Assembly (NCBI GenBank): GCA_012517825.1
Contig: JAAYUG010000028.1
Span: 667-64,666 of the forward strand
DNA from: Bacteroidales bacterium
Lineage (GTDB): Bacteria; Bacteroidota; Bacteroidia; Bacteroidales; JAAYUG01
Reading direction: 5' to 3'
DNA length: 64,000 nt
The notes below the pieces were generated by a model. That model had not been told where the DNA came from, did no database searches, and saw only the letters and a list, made by a program, of their open reading frames with translations. The first letter of the stretch is position 1; every line of letters starts with the position of its first letter. This document shows positions 35,181 to 45,195 of the stretch, in pieces. The translations under genes and the position numbers were made by a program.

Positions 35181-37358
35181 ATGTCAAAGAAAAAAAAGAA
35201 GAAGCAGGAGCCTGCTTTTCACCGTTTTACAAAAAAAGCCCTTAAACAGGCTGTGTTTGAGATTTTCAACCAGCATCCCAATCAGAATTACAACTACAAG
35301 CAAATTTCCCGGGAATTTGATATTACCGACGACGGAGGCCGTGCGCTCATTGCCGGTATTCTGGAAGAACTTGCAGAAGAAGGGAAACTGGAAGAGGTAT
35401 ACCGCGGAAAGTACCGGTTTAAAGTCAAATCGGCTACTGTTGAGGGAATTATTGAGATGACCACCAGCCATAATGCCTTCGTTCATGCCGATGGAATTGC
35501 CGAACCGGTATTCATTGCGCGGGACAATCTGAATCGCGCCCTGCCGGGTGACAAGGTGAGGGTTTTTCTTCTGGCCAAAAGGAAGAAAAGGCATCTGGAA
35601 GGAGAGGTGCTGGAGATAGTGGAACGTTCGAAAACTTCACTGGTAGGAATTGTTCAGGTTGGTCCTTCATTTGCCTTTTTTGAGCCCGACAGCAAAGATG
35701 TGCCGTATGATTTGTTCATTCCGTTTGAACGTCTGGGGAATGCAAAAGACGGTCAGAAGGTAATAGCACGTATTGTTGACTGGCCGGCCCATGCCAGGAA
35801 TCCCATAGGAGAAATTATTGAGGTGCTGGGATATCCCGGCCAGCATGAGGCAGAAATGCATGCCATTCTGGCTGAGTTTGATCTTCCGTACCGTTTTCCT
35901 GAAGAAGTGGAGAAGGAAGTGGAACGGATACCGGAAGCAATTACTGAGGCAGAGATTGCAAAACGCCGTGATTTTCGGGGAATACCTACCTTTACCATCG
36001 ATCCGGTTGATGCAAAAGATTTTGATGATGCCTTGTCACTGCGCAGGCTTGATTCCGGAAACTGGGAGGTGGGCGTCCACATAGCCGATGTGAGCCATTA
36101 CATCAGACCAGGCATGCTCGCTGATCAGGAGGCTTTACAGAGAGGAACCTCTGTTTATCTGGTCGACCGGGTGGTGCCCATGTTGCCTGAGAAATTGTCC
36201 AATCTGGTGTGTTCCCTCCGCCCTGATGAGGATAAACTTTGTTTTTCAGCGGTATTCGAAATGGATGACCAGGCCAGGGTTTTGAAGGAATGGTTCGGGA
36301 AAACCGTCATCCGCTCAGTGAGAAGGTTTAACTACGATGAGGCCCAGGAGATTATCGACAAGGGTAAGGGAGATTTTGCCGGGGAATTGGCTGTTCTGAA
36401 CAGCCTGGCACAGAAATTACGTGCTGAACGCTTCAAAAGGGGTTCTTTCAACTTTGAAAAGCCGGAAATTAAATTTGAGCTCGCACCCGACGGAAAGCCT
36501 GTAGGAGTGTATTTTAAGGAATACAAACAAAGCAATGAACTTATTGAAGAGTTTATGCTTCTGGCCAACAAGCGGGTTGCCGAATGGGTGAATAAACCTG
36601 CGGGCCACAGGGATGATGGCAAGAAGAAGAAAAAGGAGCGCACGTTTGTTTACCGGGTTCACGATAAGCCGGATGAGGAAAAACTCAGGAGTTTCAGTCT
36701 TTTTGTGAAAAAGTTCGGATACCAGATGCACATGGGTTCGCACAAAAAGATTTCTGAGTCGCTCAATCAGCTGATGAAGGAAATTCAGGGTAAAAAGGAG
36801 CAGAATATCCTGGAAAACCTTGCAGTGCGGGTCATGGCCAAAGCGGAGTATTCCACGAAAAACATAGGTCATTACGGACTGGCTTTTCCGTATTATACGC
36901 ATTTTACCTCTCCCATACGGCGGTATCCTGATATTCTTGCCCACCGCTTGCTCTTTCATTACCTGAACGGGGGAGCGTCGGAAAATCCGGCCCCGTATGA
37001 AGAAATGTGCCGTCATGCTTCCGAGATGGAGCGAAAGGCTATGGAAGCTGAACGTACCTCAGTGAAATACAAACAGGTAGAATTTATGGCCGATAAGGTA
37101 GGCCAGGTGTTTGATGCCGTTATTTCCGGAGTTACTGAATGGGGGCTATTTGCTGAGATCATTGAAAACGGTTGTGAGGGAATGATTCATATCCGGCAGT
37201 TGAATGATGATTTTTACTGGTTTGACGAAGAAAATTACCGGCTGGTAGGGCGCAGGTACAAACGGGTTTTCCAGCTTGGCGATGCCATAAAGGTTGAAAT
37301 ATGGCGTACCAACCTCCTGAAAAAGCAACTGGATTTCAGACTGGCAGAAGATAAATAA
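35181..37358 (+). CDS. rnr: Ribonuclease R
   Basis: N-terminal winged-helix and cold-shock domains, RNB domain (TIDP.DAKDFDDALS, ...HYGLA...YTHFTSPIRRYPD), C-terminal S1 domain. Confidence 0.93.
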   Translation: MSKKKKKKQEPAFHRFTKKALKQAVFEIFNQHPNQNYNYKQISREFDITDDGGRALIAGILEELAEEGKLEEVYRGKYRFKVKSATVEGIIEMTTSHNAFVHADGIAEPVFIARDNLNRALPGDKVRVFLLAKRKKRHLEGEVLEIVERSKTSLVGIVQVGPSFAFFEPDSKDVPYDLFIPFERLGNAKDGQKVIARIVDWPAHARNPIGEIIEVLGYPGQHEAEMHAILAEFDLPYRFPEEVEKEVERIPEAITEAEIAKRRDFRGIPTFTIDPVDAKDFDDALSLRRLDSGNWEVGVHIADVSHYIRPGMLADQEALQRGTSVYLVDRVVPMLPEKLSNLVCSLRPDEDKLCFSAVFEMDDQARVLKEWFGKTVIRSVRRFNYDEAQEIIDKGKGDFAGELAVLNSLAQKLRAERFKRGSFNFEKPEIKFELAPDGKPVGVYFKEYKQSNELIEEFMLLANKRVAEWVNKPAGHRDDGKKKKKERTFVYRVHDKPDEEKLRSFSLFVKKFGYQMHMGSHKKISESLNQLMKEIQGKKEQNILENLAVRVMAKAEYSTKNIGHYGLAFPYYTHFTSPIRRYPDILAHRLLFHYLNGGASENPAPYEEMCRHASEMERKAMEAERTSVKYKQVEFMADKVGQVFDAVISGVTEWGLFAEIIENGCEGMIHIRQLNDDFYWFDEENYRLVGRRYKRVFQLGDAIKVEIWRTNLLKKQLDFRLAEDK

Positions 37359-37507
37359 CACATATTGCTTGGTTTGTGTTGCAGTTTAAACCGACCGGTA
37401 ACGGAATACAACAGCGATCAAGATAAAACCGAAAACCTCAACAGACCTTGCATAACAGGATGATCAATTCCGGAATATTTTTTTATCTTTAGGATAACCA
37501 AACAGCA

Positions 37508-37735
37508 ATGTTTATGGATCTGAGCAAAGGTTTTTTCAATCCCAGGCTGATCAGGGCGATTACTTTTTATATTATCAGCTTCTGTGTTATTCTCAGTGTA
37601 ATTGTATCGATACTGGCCATCTGGAAGTTTGCAGACCCTGATACCCTGTGGCGCACCATTGCTACCTTCGCGGTAATAGGGGTTGGCAGTGCTATATTTG
37701 CTTTTGTCAACGGCATTTTCGGTACAAAAGACTAA
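37508..37735 (+). CDS. Hypothetical small membrane protein (2 TM)
   Basis: 75-aa ORF with two clear hydrophobic helices (ITFYIISFCVILSVIVSILAIW; IATFAVIGVGSAIFAFVNGIF). No family recognised. Confidence 0.45.
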   Translation: MFMDLSKGFFNPRLIRAITFYIISFCVILSVIVSILAIWKFADPDTLWRTIATFAVIGVGSAIFAFVNGIFGTKD

Positions 37736-37794
37736 CAGAAAAGGGATGTTGCAAAACCTTGCAGACATCCCCATTTTTCTGCTGTATGTGCTTT

Positions 37795-40008
37795 TCAGAG
37801 CTTGATCAGGCGGACATTTTTCTTGAAGAGCGTTGAGCTTATCTGCAGGTAATAAATTCCTTCCTTCAGTTGCCGTCCGCTGGCATCGGTGCCGTCCCAT
37901 TCAACCGACATGGTTCCGTTAAAGAAAAGTTCATGCGGGTCGAATTCAGTTACTTTCCTTCCTGTGATATCATAAATTGCAATGGTAAACTTTATGTTTC
38001 CGGCAACACGGAAGTTATTGATGCTGATTGTGATTCTGGTGCGGTTATGGAACGGATTGGGGAAAATCGTTGTCTGAATGGAATTTTCATTGATTCCTGT
38101 TGTCTGTGAAGAGGGTTGTCCGTTTCGGTCGAGAGAATATACTCCGTCTTCGGCAAAAATCTTGGCTCCGTTCGATCCTGAAGCAGGATTTCCGGGATCT
38201 TCAATGGAGTATTCCATGCCCGGCTCGAGAGCCAGAAAAGCCGTATAAACAGAGAGAACCCTGTTGCTCAGGCTGGATTCGACAATCTGGCTGATCATTT
38301 CATTGTCATAATTCCAGGTATTTTCAAGTGATGCAATATGATTCCCGGCCCACATTTTCGCCAGAAGGGTATCAGATGGAATTATCTGCGAAGCGGGAAT
38401 TTCCTTTCGTACCATCAGGGGTTGCCCATTGTAAATGCCCGCCAGTTCGGCAACAAAGGGTAAATTCCCGTAATATTTTCCTACCTGAAGGATAGGTTTG
38501 TCGAGGTAAATGGCCTGTCCGGGGTCTTCAATATTAAAGCGCCCGTAACAAAAGCCTTCCTTCATGGAAGTATGCAGGTCAAAAGAGCTGATTTTTCCAC
38601 CGGAAATTTCAAATACTTTGGTCAGCATGTCGGCAATATTATTATCCCAGTAGTTGTACTGGTAATAGTTGCCTTTCGTATGGCGGGTGAGCAGGGTATA
38701 GAAATATTCGTTCCCCCTGAAATATTTCCCGCCGAAATAATACCAGGTATAGGAATTGTCAAAGTCGACGATATGGGTAACCGGAAGAGGTTCAAATGTC
38801 TTGAGGTAATCCATCAGGAGATTAGCCGAGTCGTTGGTAGCATAGTGGTCTGTGTTAGCCAGCAGAACCATGGATCCTTTATTTCCGGTCTTTTGAATGA
38901 ATTTAATGCCACTGGTCAGCAGTTCCTGCAATCCGGAAAAATTCTGAACAGGGGTGGATCCAAGCATCGAAAATACCTGCCGCATATTTTCGGGTGTGGC
39001 CTTTACCCAGGAGTTGCTTGCCATCATTGGCTGCGGCCCGCTGAAGATGATATTGAAATAATCGTTTTCATCCAGGTAATTGGCCATCAGATTTTTCAGT
39101 TCGGCATATACCTGATTGCCGCCTGCCTGGTATTCATTTTTCTTTTCGAAGTCAAAAAGAAAAAGAAGTTTTTTGGGCTGGTCAAGTTGAAAAAATTTGG
39201 AAGGCAGGATGGCCATCTGATAAATGCCTTCAGCGCCGTTATTAAGGGTGCTGAGATACAATCCATTGGTCACAAAATGGGAAAAACTGAGGTATATCTG
39301 GCTGAATCCGATGTAGTTACCGGGGATAAACGTTTCGAGGCAGGGGCCGAAGTCAGGATCCTGAGTCCTTTTGAATGAGGCTTCGGGAATTACCGGTACG
39401 GAGGGGTTCTGGAATTCAGGAGATTCCTTTACAAGAACACGCAGTTTTTCCAGGGGAATTTTGGATGCCTGCAACATATCCGTTGGTATGGGACAGGAAA
39501 CTGACCGTGCTGTCCAGGATGCGGGAACAAGGAAAGTAATTTTAGCCTTCCGTTGTTCATTGCCCATCATCGGGTAGATCTGAAGGCTGTAATAATCGCC
39601 CCATTGCTTATAGAGTAAAGAAGGATCACGTCTTCTTTTGACAATGCTTTCATAGATCTGCCACGCCGACCACCGGTCGATAAGGCGGGCATGCACTATG
39701 CTGTCACCCACCCAGAGCCAGGAATCATGTACAATCGATTTGGAAGGGAGGGAAAAATAGTATGAAATTTCGAGCGTATCGGAGGGCAGAAAATTATTAT
39801 CCCGGCCGGAGAACGTCAGATAGAGTTCGCATTCCATGTAAATTCCCTTTGGCTGGACCGTCAGCAGGGCATCTTCTATTGTTCCCTGTCCCCATTTATC
39901 CCAGGTGCGGGGATTCTGCACATTCAGCCAACTCCAGGCTGAGGCATGAAGGACAAAAACAAAGATGAAGGCCAGGGAAAGAACGATTTTCTGGTAAAAA
40001 GTCTTCAT
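37795..40008 (-). CDS. Secreted protein with a T9SS type-A C-terminal sorting domain; N-terminal domains uncharacterised
   Basis: Signal peptide (IVLSLAFIFVFVLHASA). C-terminal ...IFPNPFHNRTRITI...IAIYDITGRKV...GIYYLQI...VRLIKL is a classic T9SS CTD. Confidence 0.8.
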   Translation of the reverse strand: MKTFYQKIVLSLAFIFVFVLHASAWSWLNVQNPRTWDKWGQGTIEDALLTVQPKGIYMECELYLTFSGRDNNFLPSDTLEISYYFSLPSKSIVHDSWLWVGDSIVHARLIDRWSAWQIYESIVKRRRDPSLLYKQWGDYYSLQIYPMMGNEQRKAKITFLVPASWTARSVSCPIPTDMLQASKIPLEKLRVLVKESPEFQNPSVPVIPEASFKRTQDPDFGPCLETFIPGNYIGFSQIYLSFSHFVTNGLYLSTLNNGAEGIYQMAILPSKFFQLDQPKKLLFLFDFEKKNEYQAGGNQVYAELKNLMANYLDENDYFNIIFSGPQPMMASNSWVKATPENMRQVFSMLGSTPVQNFSGLQELLTSGIKFIQKTGNKGSMVLLANTDHYATNDSANLLMDYLKTFEPLPVTHIVDFDNSYTWYYFGGKYFRGNEYFYTLLTRHTKGNYYQYNYWDNNIADMLTKVFEISGGKISSFDLHTSMKEGFCYGRFNIEDPGQAIYLDKPILQVGKYYGNLPFVAELAGIYNGQPLMVRKEIPASQIIPSDTLLAKMWAGNHIASLENTWNYDNEMISQIVESSLSNRVLSVYTAFLALEPGMEYSIEDPGNPASGSNGAKIFAEDGVYSLDRNGQPSSQTTGINENSIQTTIFPNPFHNRTRITISINNFRVAGNIKFTIAIYDITGRKVTEFDPHELFFNGTMSVEWDGTDASGRQLKEGIYYLQISSTLFKKNVRLIKL

Positions 40009-40160
40009 AAATGGAAGGTTTAGTTTTTAATGAGATGCTAAAAAACGGAATAAGGTTGCGTGTTGCATGAAGTGAACATAGGGAAACATTATCTTCCTTT
40101 AATTTTATAAGAGGCTTCGGCACGCTATTTGTTTGTTCTTTACTGATTATCAGTTTTTTC

Positions 40161-42401
40161 ATGGATTACAAAGTTTTTTCCGAGAAATATATCCACTGTT
40201 GCCGGCTTATTACTGAGAAGCGGCTCAGGGAGGCATTTATTCTCCTGCAGGAACTGGCAGAGGAATCGCATAACATCGACTATCTGAACCAGCTTGAAAA
40301 TCATCGTGAAACCTATCGAAACATTCTGAAATATTCGTTTGGCGAGGTTGAGGACCCGCAGAAAAAGGAGGTGTATTTCCGGCTTCTGCGGTCGGTTTTG
40401 CGGCTGGCAGATGCGCTTTTTGAAACCATTGTAGTTTCGCGCAGGATGGTTTCCTATGCCCCGCTCAAAAGGGAACTGGAGTCTGCCCCCCTGTTTTCCG
40501 GCACCGATCCACTGAGAATTCTCGGGGAACTGGAATGGACACCCTCGCTGAATGCATTCCCGGAAGCTGAAAATACTGATGAAGCCATTGATGCAGGCCT
40601 GCGGCGCAATGAACAGGAACAGCTGGTGCAAAAAGTCTTTCATGCTCTGTGGTTAACCGATATATACGGCGATCAGGAGATGGAATTTCTTCATCATATG
40701 ATTGCATCGGAAGAACTGCCATGGTACTTCAAATCACTTTTCATCAGTGCTGTAACCCTGAGTGCACAAAGGTTTTTCGATATCTCCAAGCTGGAAATTC
40801 TGGCCGATGCCTTTCTGGCAGGTGAAAACCAGGTACGGCAGCGGGCTCTTACCGGGCTGATCATCCTATTGTATCAATACCGGGAAAGGCTTTCCATTTA
40901 TCCCCAGTCGGAAACCCTCATCAGAAAAATCCGGGAAGGAAATCAGACCGATCAGCAGATTGAAGCAATCGTAATACAGTTGATTAAGGCCAAGGACACA
41001 GAAAAAATTACGCAGAAGTTTCGGGATGAAGTACTCCCCGAAATTACCCGTCTGCAGTCGAGAATTTATGAAAAACTTGACCTGCAGAACCTCATGAAAG
41101 ACCCCTTTGCGGAAGACAAAAATCCCGACTGGGAAAATGTATTCCACGATACGCCAACGCTGTATAACAAACTGGAGGAATTCTCAATGCTTCAGCTCGA
41201 AGGAGGGGATGTATTTATGGGAACTTTTTCCATGCTGAAGCATTTTGATTTCTTTCATGAGATAAGCAACTGGTTTTTACCATTTTACAAAGAAAACTCC
41301 CGGGTAAAGGAAGCGCTTGCTGTTGGGGACGACAGGGAGGAGACTGACAAATTGGCGGAGGGATTGGAAAAATCGATTCTGATGTGCAATTCTGACAAGT
41401 ACTCTTTTTGTCTGAATGTGAAAAGGATGCCAGAGGTTCAGCGCCGCATGATGTTCGACATGGTATCAATGGAACTCAGGGCTGTTGAAGAACTGGCTCA
41501 GGATGACGAGCTGCTCGCAAAACCTACAGCCGATCGGGTTGTTTATACCCAGTATATACAGGATTTGTACCGGTTTTATAAACTGTACCAATATAAAACT
41601 GAGTTTTACGATGTATTTGCAACACCTTTTGATATATACCAGTGTGGATTTTTCAGGGAACTCCTTCCTGATACGAGGGTAATACGCAATATCGGTGAAT
41701 TTTATTTCGAAAAGGAACATTATAGCGAAGCTTCTCAGGTATTCATGTTGCTGGATAATGAACCCATGAATTTTGAATTATGGCAAAAGATCGGGTACAG
41801 TTTTCAGAAGCTTGGCAATTATGCAAAAGCTCTGGAGTATTACCGGAAAGCAGATCTGTCGGACCTGAGAAAAGCCTGGAATACCAAGAAAATTGCTTTT
41901 TGTTACCGTAAGCTTGGTGAATTCAGGAAAGCACTGGAATATTATCATGAAGCAGAAAAACTGGAGCCGGATAATCTGTATATTCAGGCCAGTCTGGGCC
42001 ATACTTATTTTGATCTGAAGGAATATGAGGAGGCGTTGAAATACTACTTCAAAGTTGAATTCTTATCCCCTGATGATCACAGGATTCAGCGCCCCATTGC
42101 CTGGTGTTCCTTTGTGCTGGGTAAGCTTGATACAGCCAAAAAATATTTTGAAAAAGTTACCGGCGAAGAAGGAAACCAGCACGATCTGCTGAATCTGGGT
42201 CATGTGGAATGGTGCCTGGGAAACAAAACACAGGCAATTGAGTATTACAGGAAAAGCATCAGAAAAGCGGATTATAATTTCGACTGGTTCGCGAAGGAAT
42301 TTATTGCTGATGCTGATCTTCTGCAGAAATTCGGGATCGATCCCATCGACATTCCTCTCATGCGGGATTATCTTAAAATTCTCATCGAGAGCGAATTCTG
42401 A
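40161..42401 (+). CDS. Tetratricopeptide-repeat protein with a large uncharacterised N-terminal region
   Basis: The C-terminal ~250 aa hold repeated TPR units (W.KIGYSFQKLGNYAKALEYYRKA; ...KLGEFRKALEYYHEAEKLEPDN; ...LKEYEEALKYYFKV...). Confidence 0.75.
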   Translation: MDYKVFSEKYIHCCRLITEKRLREAFILLQELAEESHNIDYLNQLENHRETYRNILKYSFGEVEDPQKKEVYFRLLRSVLRLADALFETIVVSRRMVSYAPLKRELESAPLFSGTDPLRILGELEWTPSLNAFPEAENTDEAIDAGLRRNEQEQLVQKVFHALWLTDIYGDQEMEFLHHMIASEELPWYFKSLFISAVTLSAQRFFDISKLEILADAFLAGENQVRQRALTGLIILLYQYRERLSIYPQSETLIRKIREGNQTDQQIEAIVIQLIKAKDTEKITQKFRDEVLPEITRLQSRIYEKLDLQNLMKDPFAEDKNPDWENVFHDTPTLYNKLEEFSMLQLEGGDVFMGTFSMLKHFDFFHEISNWFLPFYKENSRVKEALAVGDDREETDKLAEGLEKSILMCNSDKYSFCLNVKRMPEVQRRMMFDMVSMELRAVEELAQDDELLAKPTADRVVYTQYIQDLYRFYKLYQYKTEFYDVFATPFDIYQCGFFRELLPDTRVIRNIGEFYFEKEHYSEASQVFMLLDNEPMNFELWQKIGYSFQKLGNYAKALEYYRKADLSDLRKAWNTKKIAFCYRKLGEFRKALEYYHEAEKLEPDNLYIQASLGHTYFDLKEYEEALKYYFKVEFLSPDDHRIQRPIAWCSFVLGKLDTAKKYFEKVTGEEGNQHDLLNLGHVEWCLGNKTQAIEYYRKSIRKADYNFDWFAKEFIADADLLQKFGIDPIDIPLMRDYLKILIESEF

Positions 42402-42541
42402 CGTTACTTCCGTCTGAAATCGGGAATATTTACCATGTTACAAAATGAAGTATCGGATTTTCTTATGCCTCTCCGGTGCCTTTTTACCGGTAAAAGCCCT
42501 TTATTGGCCGATTCGTGGTTTGAACGGCACACAAAAGGTGC

Positions 42542-42549
42542 TACCTTTG
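42542..42549 (+). promoter_or_regulatory. Bacteroidota-type -7 promoter box (TACCTTTG)
   Basis: Matches TAnnTTTG, 28 nt upstream of the ATG at 42577. Confidence 0.45.
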
Positions 42550-42576
42550 GATGGTAAATAGAAAAACTGATTTCAC

Positions 42577-43311
42577 ATGAGACGAGAAGACGAAAATGAA
42601 AGTCCCCGGATATACCATGGAAGCAGGAATTTGCTTCTGGGAGTGGTTCTGATCCTTGTTGGTATAGCTGTTTTTTTCAAGAGCCTGGGCATATTTCCCT
42701 ATGAAACAGAACGGGTTATTTTTTCGTGGCAGATGCTTCTGATCGCGATAGGTGTCATAATGGTTACCAATTTCAGAAGCCGCATCGGAGGGCTGATTCT
42801 GATTCTGATCGGTGGCTTCTTCCTGCTGGAAGAGTTTTCCGGCCTATCGGGTGAGATGCGGTCGCTGTTCTGGGCTTTCTTCTTTATATTTATAGGTCTG
42901 GTGATCATGTTCCGTGCGTTCCGGATGCCCGTGCGCCGGAGATACTGGCATGGTCCTGTAACTGACAGCCTTGATTATATTGACGAAGTAGCTATTTTGG
43001 GAGGATCTGAAAAAAGGATCAATAGCCAGAATTTCTGTGGTGGGCATGTAACGAATATTTTCGGAGGCAGTACTTTTGATTTATCCGATGCCCGGCTGGC
43101 TCCCGGCAAACATGTACTTGATGTGGTTTCTGTTTTCGGTGGGTTTAAACTGATTGTTCCTTCTGACTGGAATATAAAGCTCGAAGTAACTGCCATTCTT
43201 GGAGGTGTTTCCGACAAGCGCTCCCGAATCAACGAGAATCTTTCTGAAGAAAGGGTACTTATCATTCGTGGGATTGCCATTTTTGGAGGCGGGGAAATAA
43301 AGAACTTCTGA
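42577..43311 (+). CDS. LiaF-like (cell wall-active antibiotic response/DUF2154-type) membrane protein
   Basis: 4 N-terminal TMs, then a C-terminal beta-rich domain with ...ILGGSEKRI.S.NF.GG.V..IFGG..FDLS.A.L...VLDV.SVFGG.KLIVP..W. Confidence 0.6.
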   Translation: MRREDENESPRIYHGSRNLLLGVVLILVGIAVFFKSLGIFPYETERVIFSWQMLLIAIGVIMVTNFRSRIGGLILILIGGFFLLEEFSGLSGEMRSLFWAFFFIFIGLVIMFRAFRMPVRRRYWHGPVTDSLDYIDEVAILGGSEKRINSQNFCGGHVTNIFGGSTFDLSDARLAPGKHVLDVVSVFGGFKLIVPSDWNIKLEVTAILGGVSDKRSRINENLSEERVLIIRGIAIFGGGEIKNF

Positions 43312-43320
43312 TCATTTGGT

Positions 43321-44379
43321 ATGCAGGACCATCCTTTTCTGGTAGGTTTCAGGTCTAGGTTTGCCTATATCCTTATCTGGTTATTCATTTCCCTGGCCTG
43401 GTTTTTCTTTGAGGTAGCAACTTACCGGATAAAGCCCGGACTTGCGCTGATAGATAGCTTGTTTCTTAATGGCAGTTTTGCACTGATTGCAATCGGTTTG
43501 TATTATACGGTGAAATTCGGAACCATTGAAAAAAACAGGCTGTCAGTTTTGCTTCAGCATCTGGCGGGGATGGTAGTTACCGTCACACTCTGGCTTCTGC
43601 TGTGTTATCTTTTTGTCATCCTGCTGGAACAGGAAGGCAATTCGTACCAGCAGTTCTTCCGGACAACTTTTCCTCTCAGGATAGCGGCCGGCCTATTTTA
43701 TTATGGCATCATTGTCTTGTTATATTATCTGATTATTTATTACCAGAATTTCAGGGAAACAGCCACACGGGAAGCTGAGCTGAAGGCACTGGTGCGCGAA
43801 ACGGAACTGAGCGTGCTTCGGTCGCAGATTAAGCCGCATTTTCTGTTCAACAGCCTGAATTCCATCAGTTCCCTTACATTAACCCAGCCTGATGCCGCCC
43901 GGGAAATGATCATCAAACTTTCCGATTTTCTCAGGTATTCGCTTGGTGAAAGTGAACGCAAACTTGTTCCCTTAAAAGCCGAAATTGATTTTATCAGACT
44001 GTATCTGGACATTGAAAAAGTGCGATTTGGTGACAAATTGGTTGCTGAATGGGATATTCCTGAAAAATGCATGGAATCAAAGCTTCCCAATATGATTCTC
44101 CAGCCTGTTTACGAAAACGCCATTAAACATGGTGTTTACGAAAGCCAGGAGGTTGTTTTTATTCGAACCGTATGCCGTGCTGATGAAAATGAACTTGTAC
44201 TGACCATTGAAAACAATTTTGATCCGGAAAGTTTACCGCGCAAAGGGAAAGGAATGGGCCTGGAGAATATCAGGAAACGCATGCAGCTGATTTACCTGCG
44301 GGATGACCTGGTGACTGTTACCCGAAAGGATTCGGTTTTTTCGGTTACATTACGTGTTCCCCAGGGAGATTATCATTAA
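43321..44379 (+). CDS. LytS/YehU-type sensor histidine kinase
   Basis: Multi-TM N-terminus. His_kinase box LRSQIKPHFLFNSLNSISSL and HATPase N-box PNMILQPVYENAIKHG. Confidence 0.85.
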   Translation: MQDHPFLVGFRSRFAYILIWLFISLAWFFFEVATYRIKPGLALIDSLFLNGSFALIAIGLYYTVKFGTIEKNRLSVLLQHLAGMVVTVTLWLLLCYLFVILLEQEGNSYQQFFRTTFPLRIAAGLFYYGIIVLLYYLIIYYQNFRETATREAELKALVRETELSVLRSQIKPHFLFNSLNSISSLTLTQPDAAREMIIKLSDFLRYSLGESERKLVPLKAEIDFIRLYLDIEKVRFGDKLVAEWDIPEKCMESKLPNMILQPVYENAIKHGVYESQEVVFIRTVCRADENELVLTIENNFDPESLPRKGKGMGLENIRKRMQLIYLRDDLVTVTRKDSVFSVTLRVPQGDYH

Positions 44380-44433
44380 TTTTGAAACCTGATACTTTTC
44401 TTGAAGGGAAACGTATCAACAACCTTCTGCATC

Positions 44434-45189
44434 ATGCAAACAATAACTGCCCTTATTATTGATGATGAAGAGCCGGCGAGAAACCTCATAAAGAGTTATC
44501 TTGCCGGGCATGACGAAATTAAGCTTCTGGGCGAATGCCGTGACGGATATGAAGGATTCAGGATGATACAGGAACTCCGGCCCGATCTGATATTTCTTGA
44601 TGTGCAAATGCCCAAGCTTACAGGTTTTGAATTGCTGGAAATACTTGATGTGCCTCCAGCCGTGATTTTCACAACGGCTTTTGACGAATTTGCCATAAAG
44701 GCATTCGAAATGAATGCAGTTGATTATCTGCTGAAACCCTTTTCCCAGGCACGTTTTGATGCTGCCCTGCAAAAGGCAGCCATAAAAATCGGTGCAAAAA
44801 GCGAAACCGAAAACGATGCGATTGCACGTCTGGTAAAAACCGTATCGGAAAAGGATGCCTTTCTGGAACGCATTGTGGTCAGGTCAAACAACCGGATTCA
44901 TATTATTCCAGTTGATCAGATTGTATATTTTGAAGCAGAGGATGATTATGTAATGATATACACACGCGACAGAAAATACCTGAAGCAGTTGACCATGAAA
45001 TACCTGGAAGAGCATCTCGATCCGCAGGATTTTGTGAGAATACACCGGTCGGCTATTGTTCGCGTTGACGAAGTGGAAAAGCTCGAGCATTATGCACACG
45101 ATAACTATATAGCTATCATGAAGAACGGAGCAAAGCTCAGAGTAAGCGATACCGGGTACCGGAAGCTGAAAGAGGTTTTGAAATTCTGA
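44434..45189 (+). CDS. LytTR-family response regulator
   Basis: Receiver domain ALIIDDEEPAR...DLIFLDVQMP...; C-terminal LytTR domain (...I.YFEAEDDYV.IYT....Y.....M..LE..L....F.RIHRS.IV). Confidence 0.9.
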   Translation: MQTITALIIDDEEPARNLIKSYLAGHDEIKLLGECRDGYEGFRMIQELRPDLIFLDVQMPKLTGFELLEILDVPPAVIFTTAFDEFAIKAFEMNAVDYLLKPFSQARFDAALQKAAIKIGAKSETENDAIARLVKTVSEKDAFLERIVVRSNNRIHIIPVDQIVYFEAEDDYVMIYTRDRKYLKQLTMKYLEEHLDPQDFVRIHRSAIVRVDEVEKLEHYAHDNYIAIMKNGAKLRVSDTGYRKLKEVLKF

Positions 45190-45195
45190 TGAAGG

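Noticed and set aside
36417-37016. 199-aa minus-strand ORF.
   Set aside because: It is antisense within the RNase R RNB domain, so it is a shadow ORF.
38572-39378. 268-aa plus-strand ORF.
   Set aside because: It lies wholly antisense to the T9SS cargo gene (37795..40008), which has a signal peptide and CTD. The antisense product has low-complexity, unnatural composition.
37795-40008. Calling the T9SS cargo protein a vWA/BatA-like protein.
   Set aside because: I could not find a MIDAS DxSxS motif; the candidate strand reads LLFLFDFEKKNE. The VIT-like impression is not strong enough for a family call.
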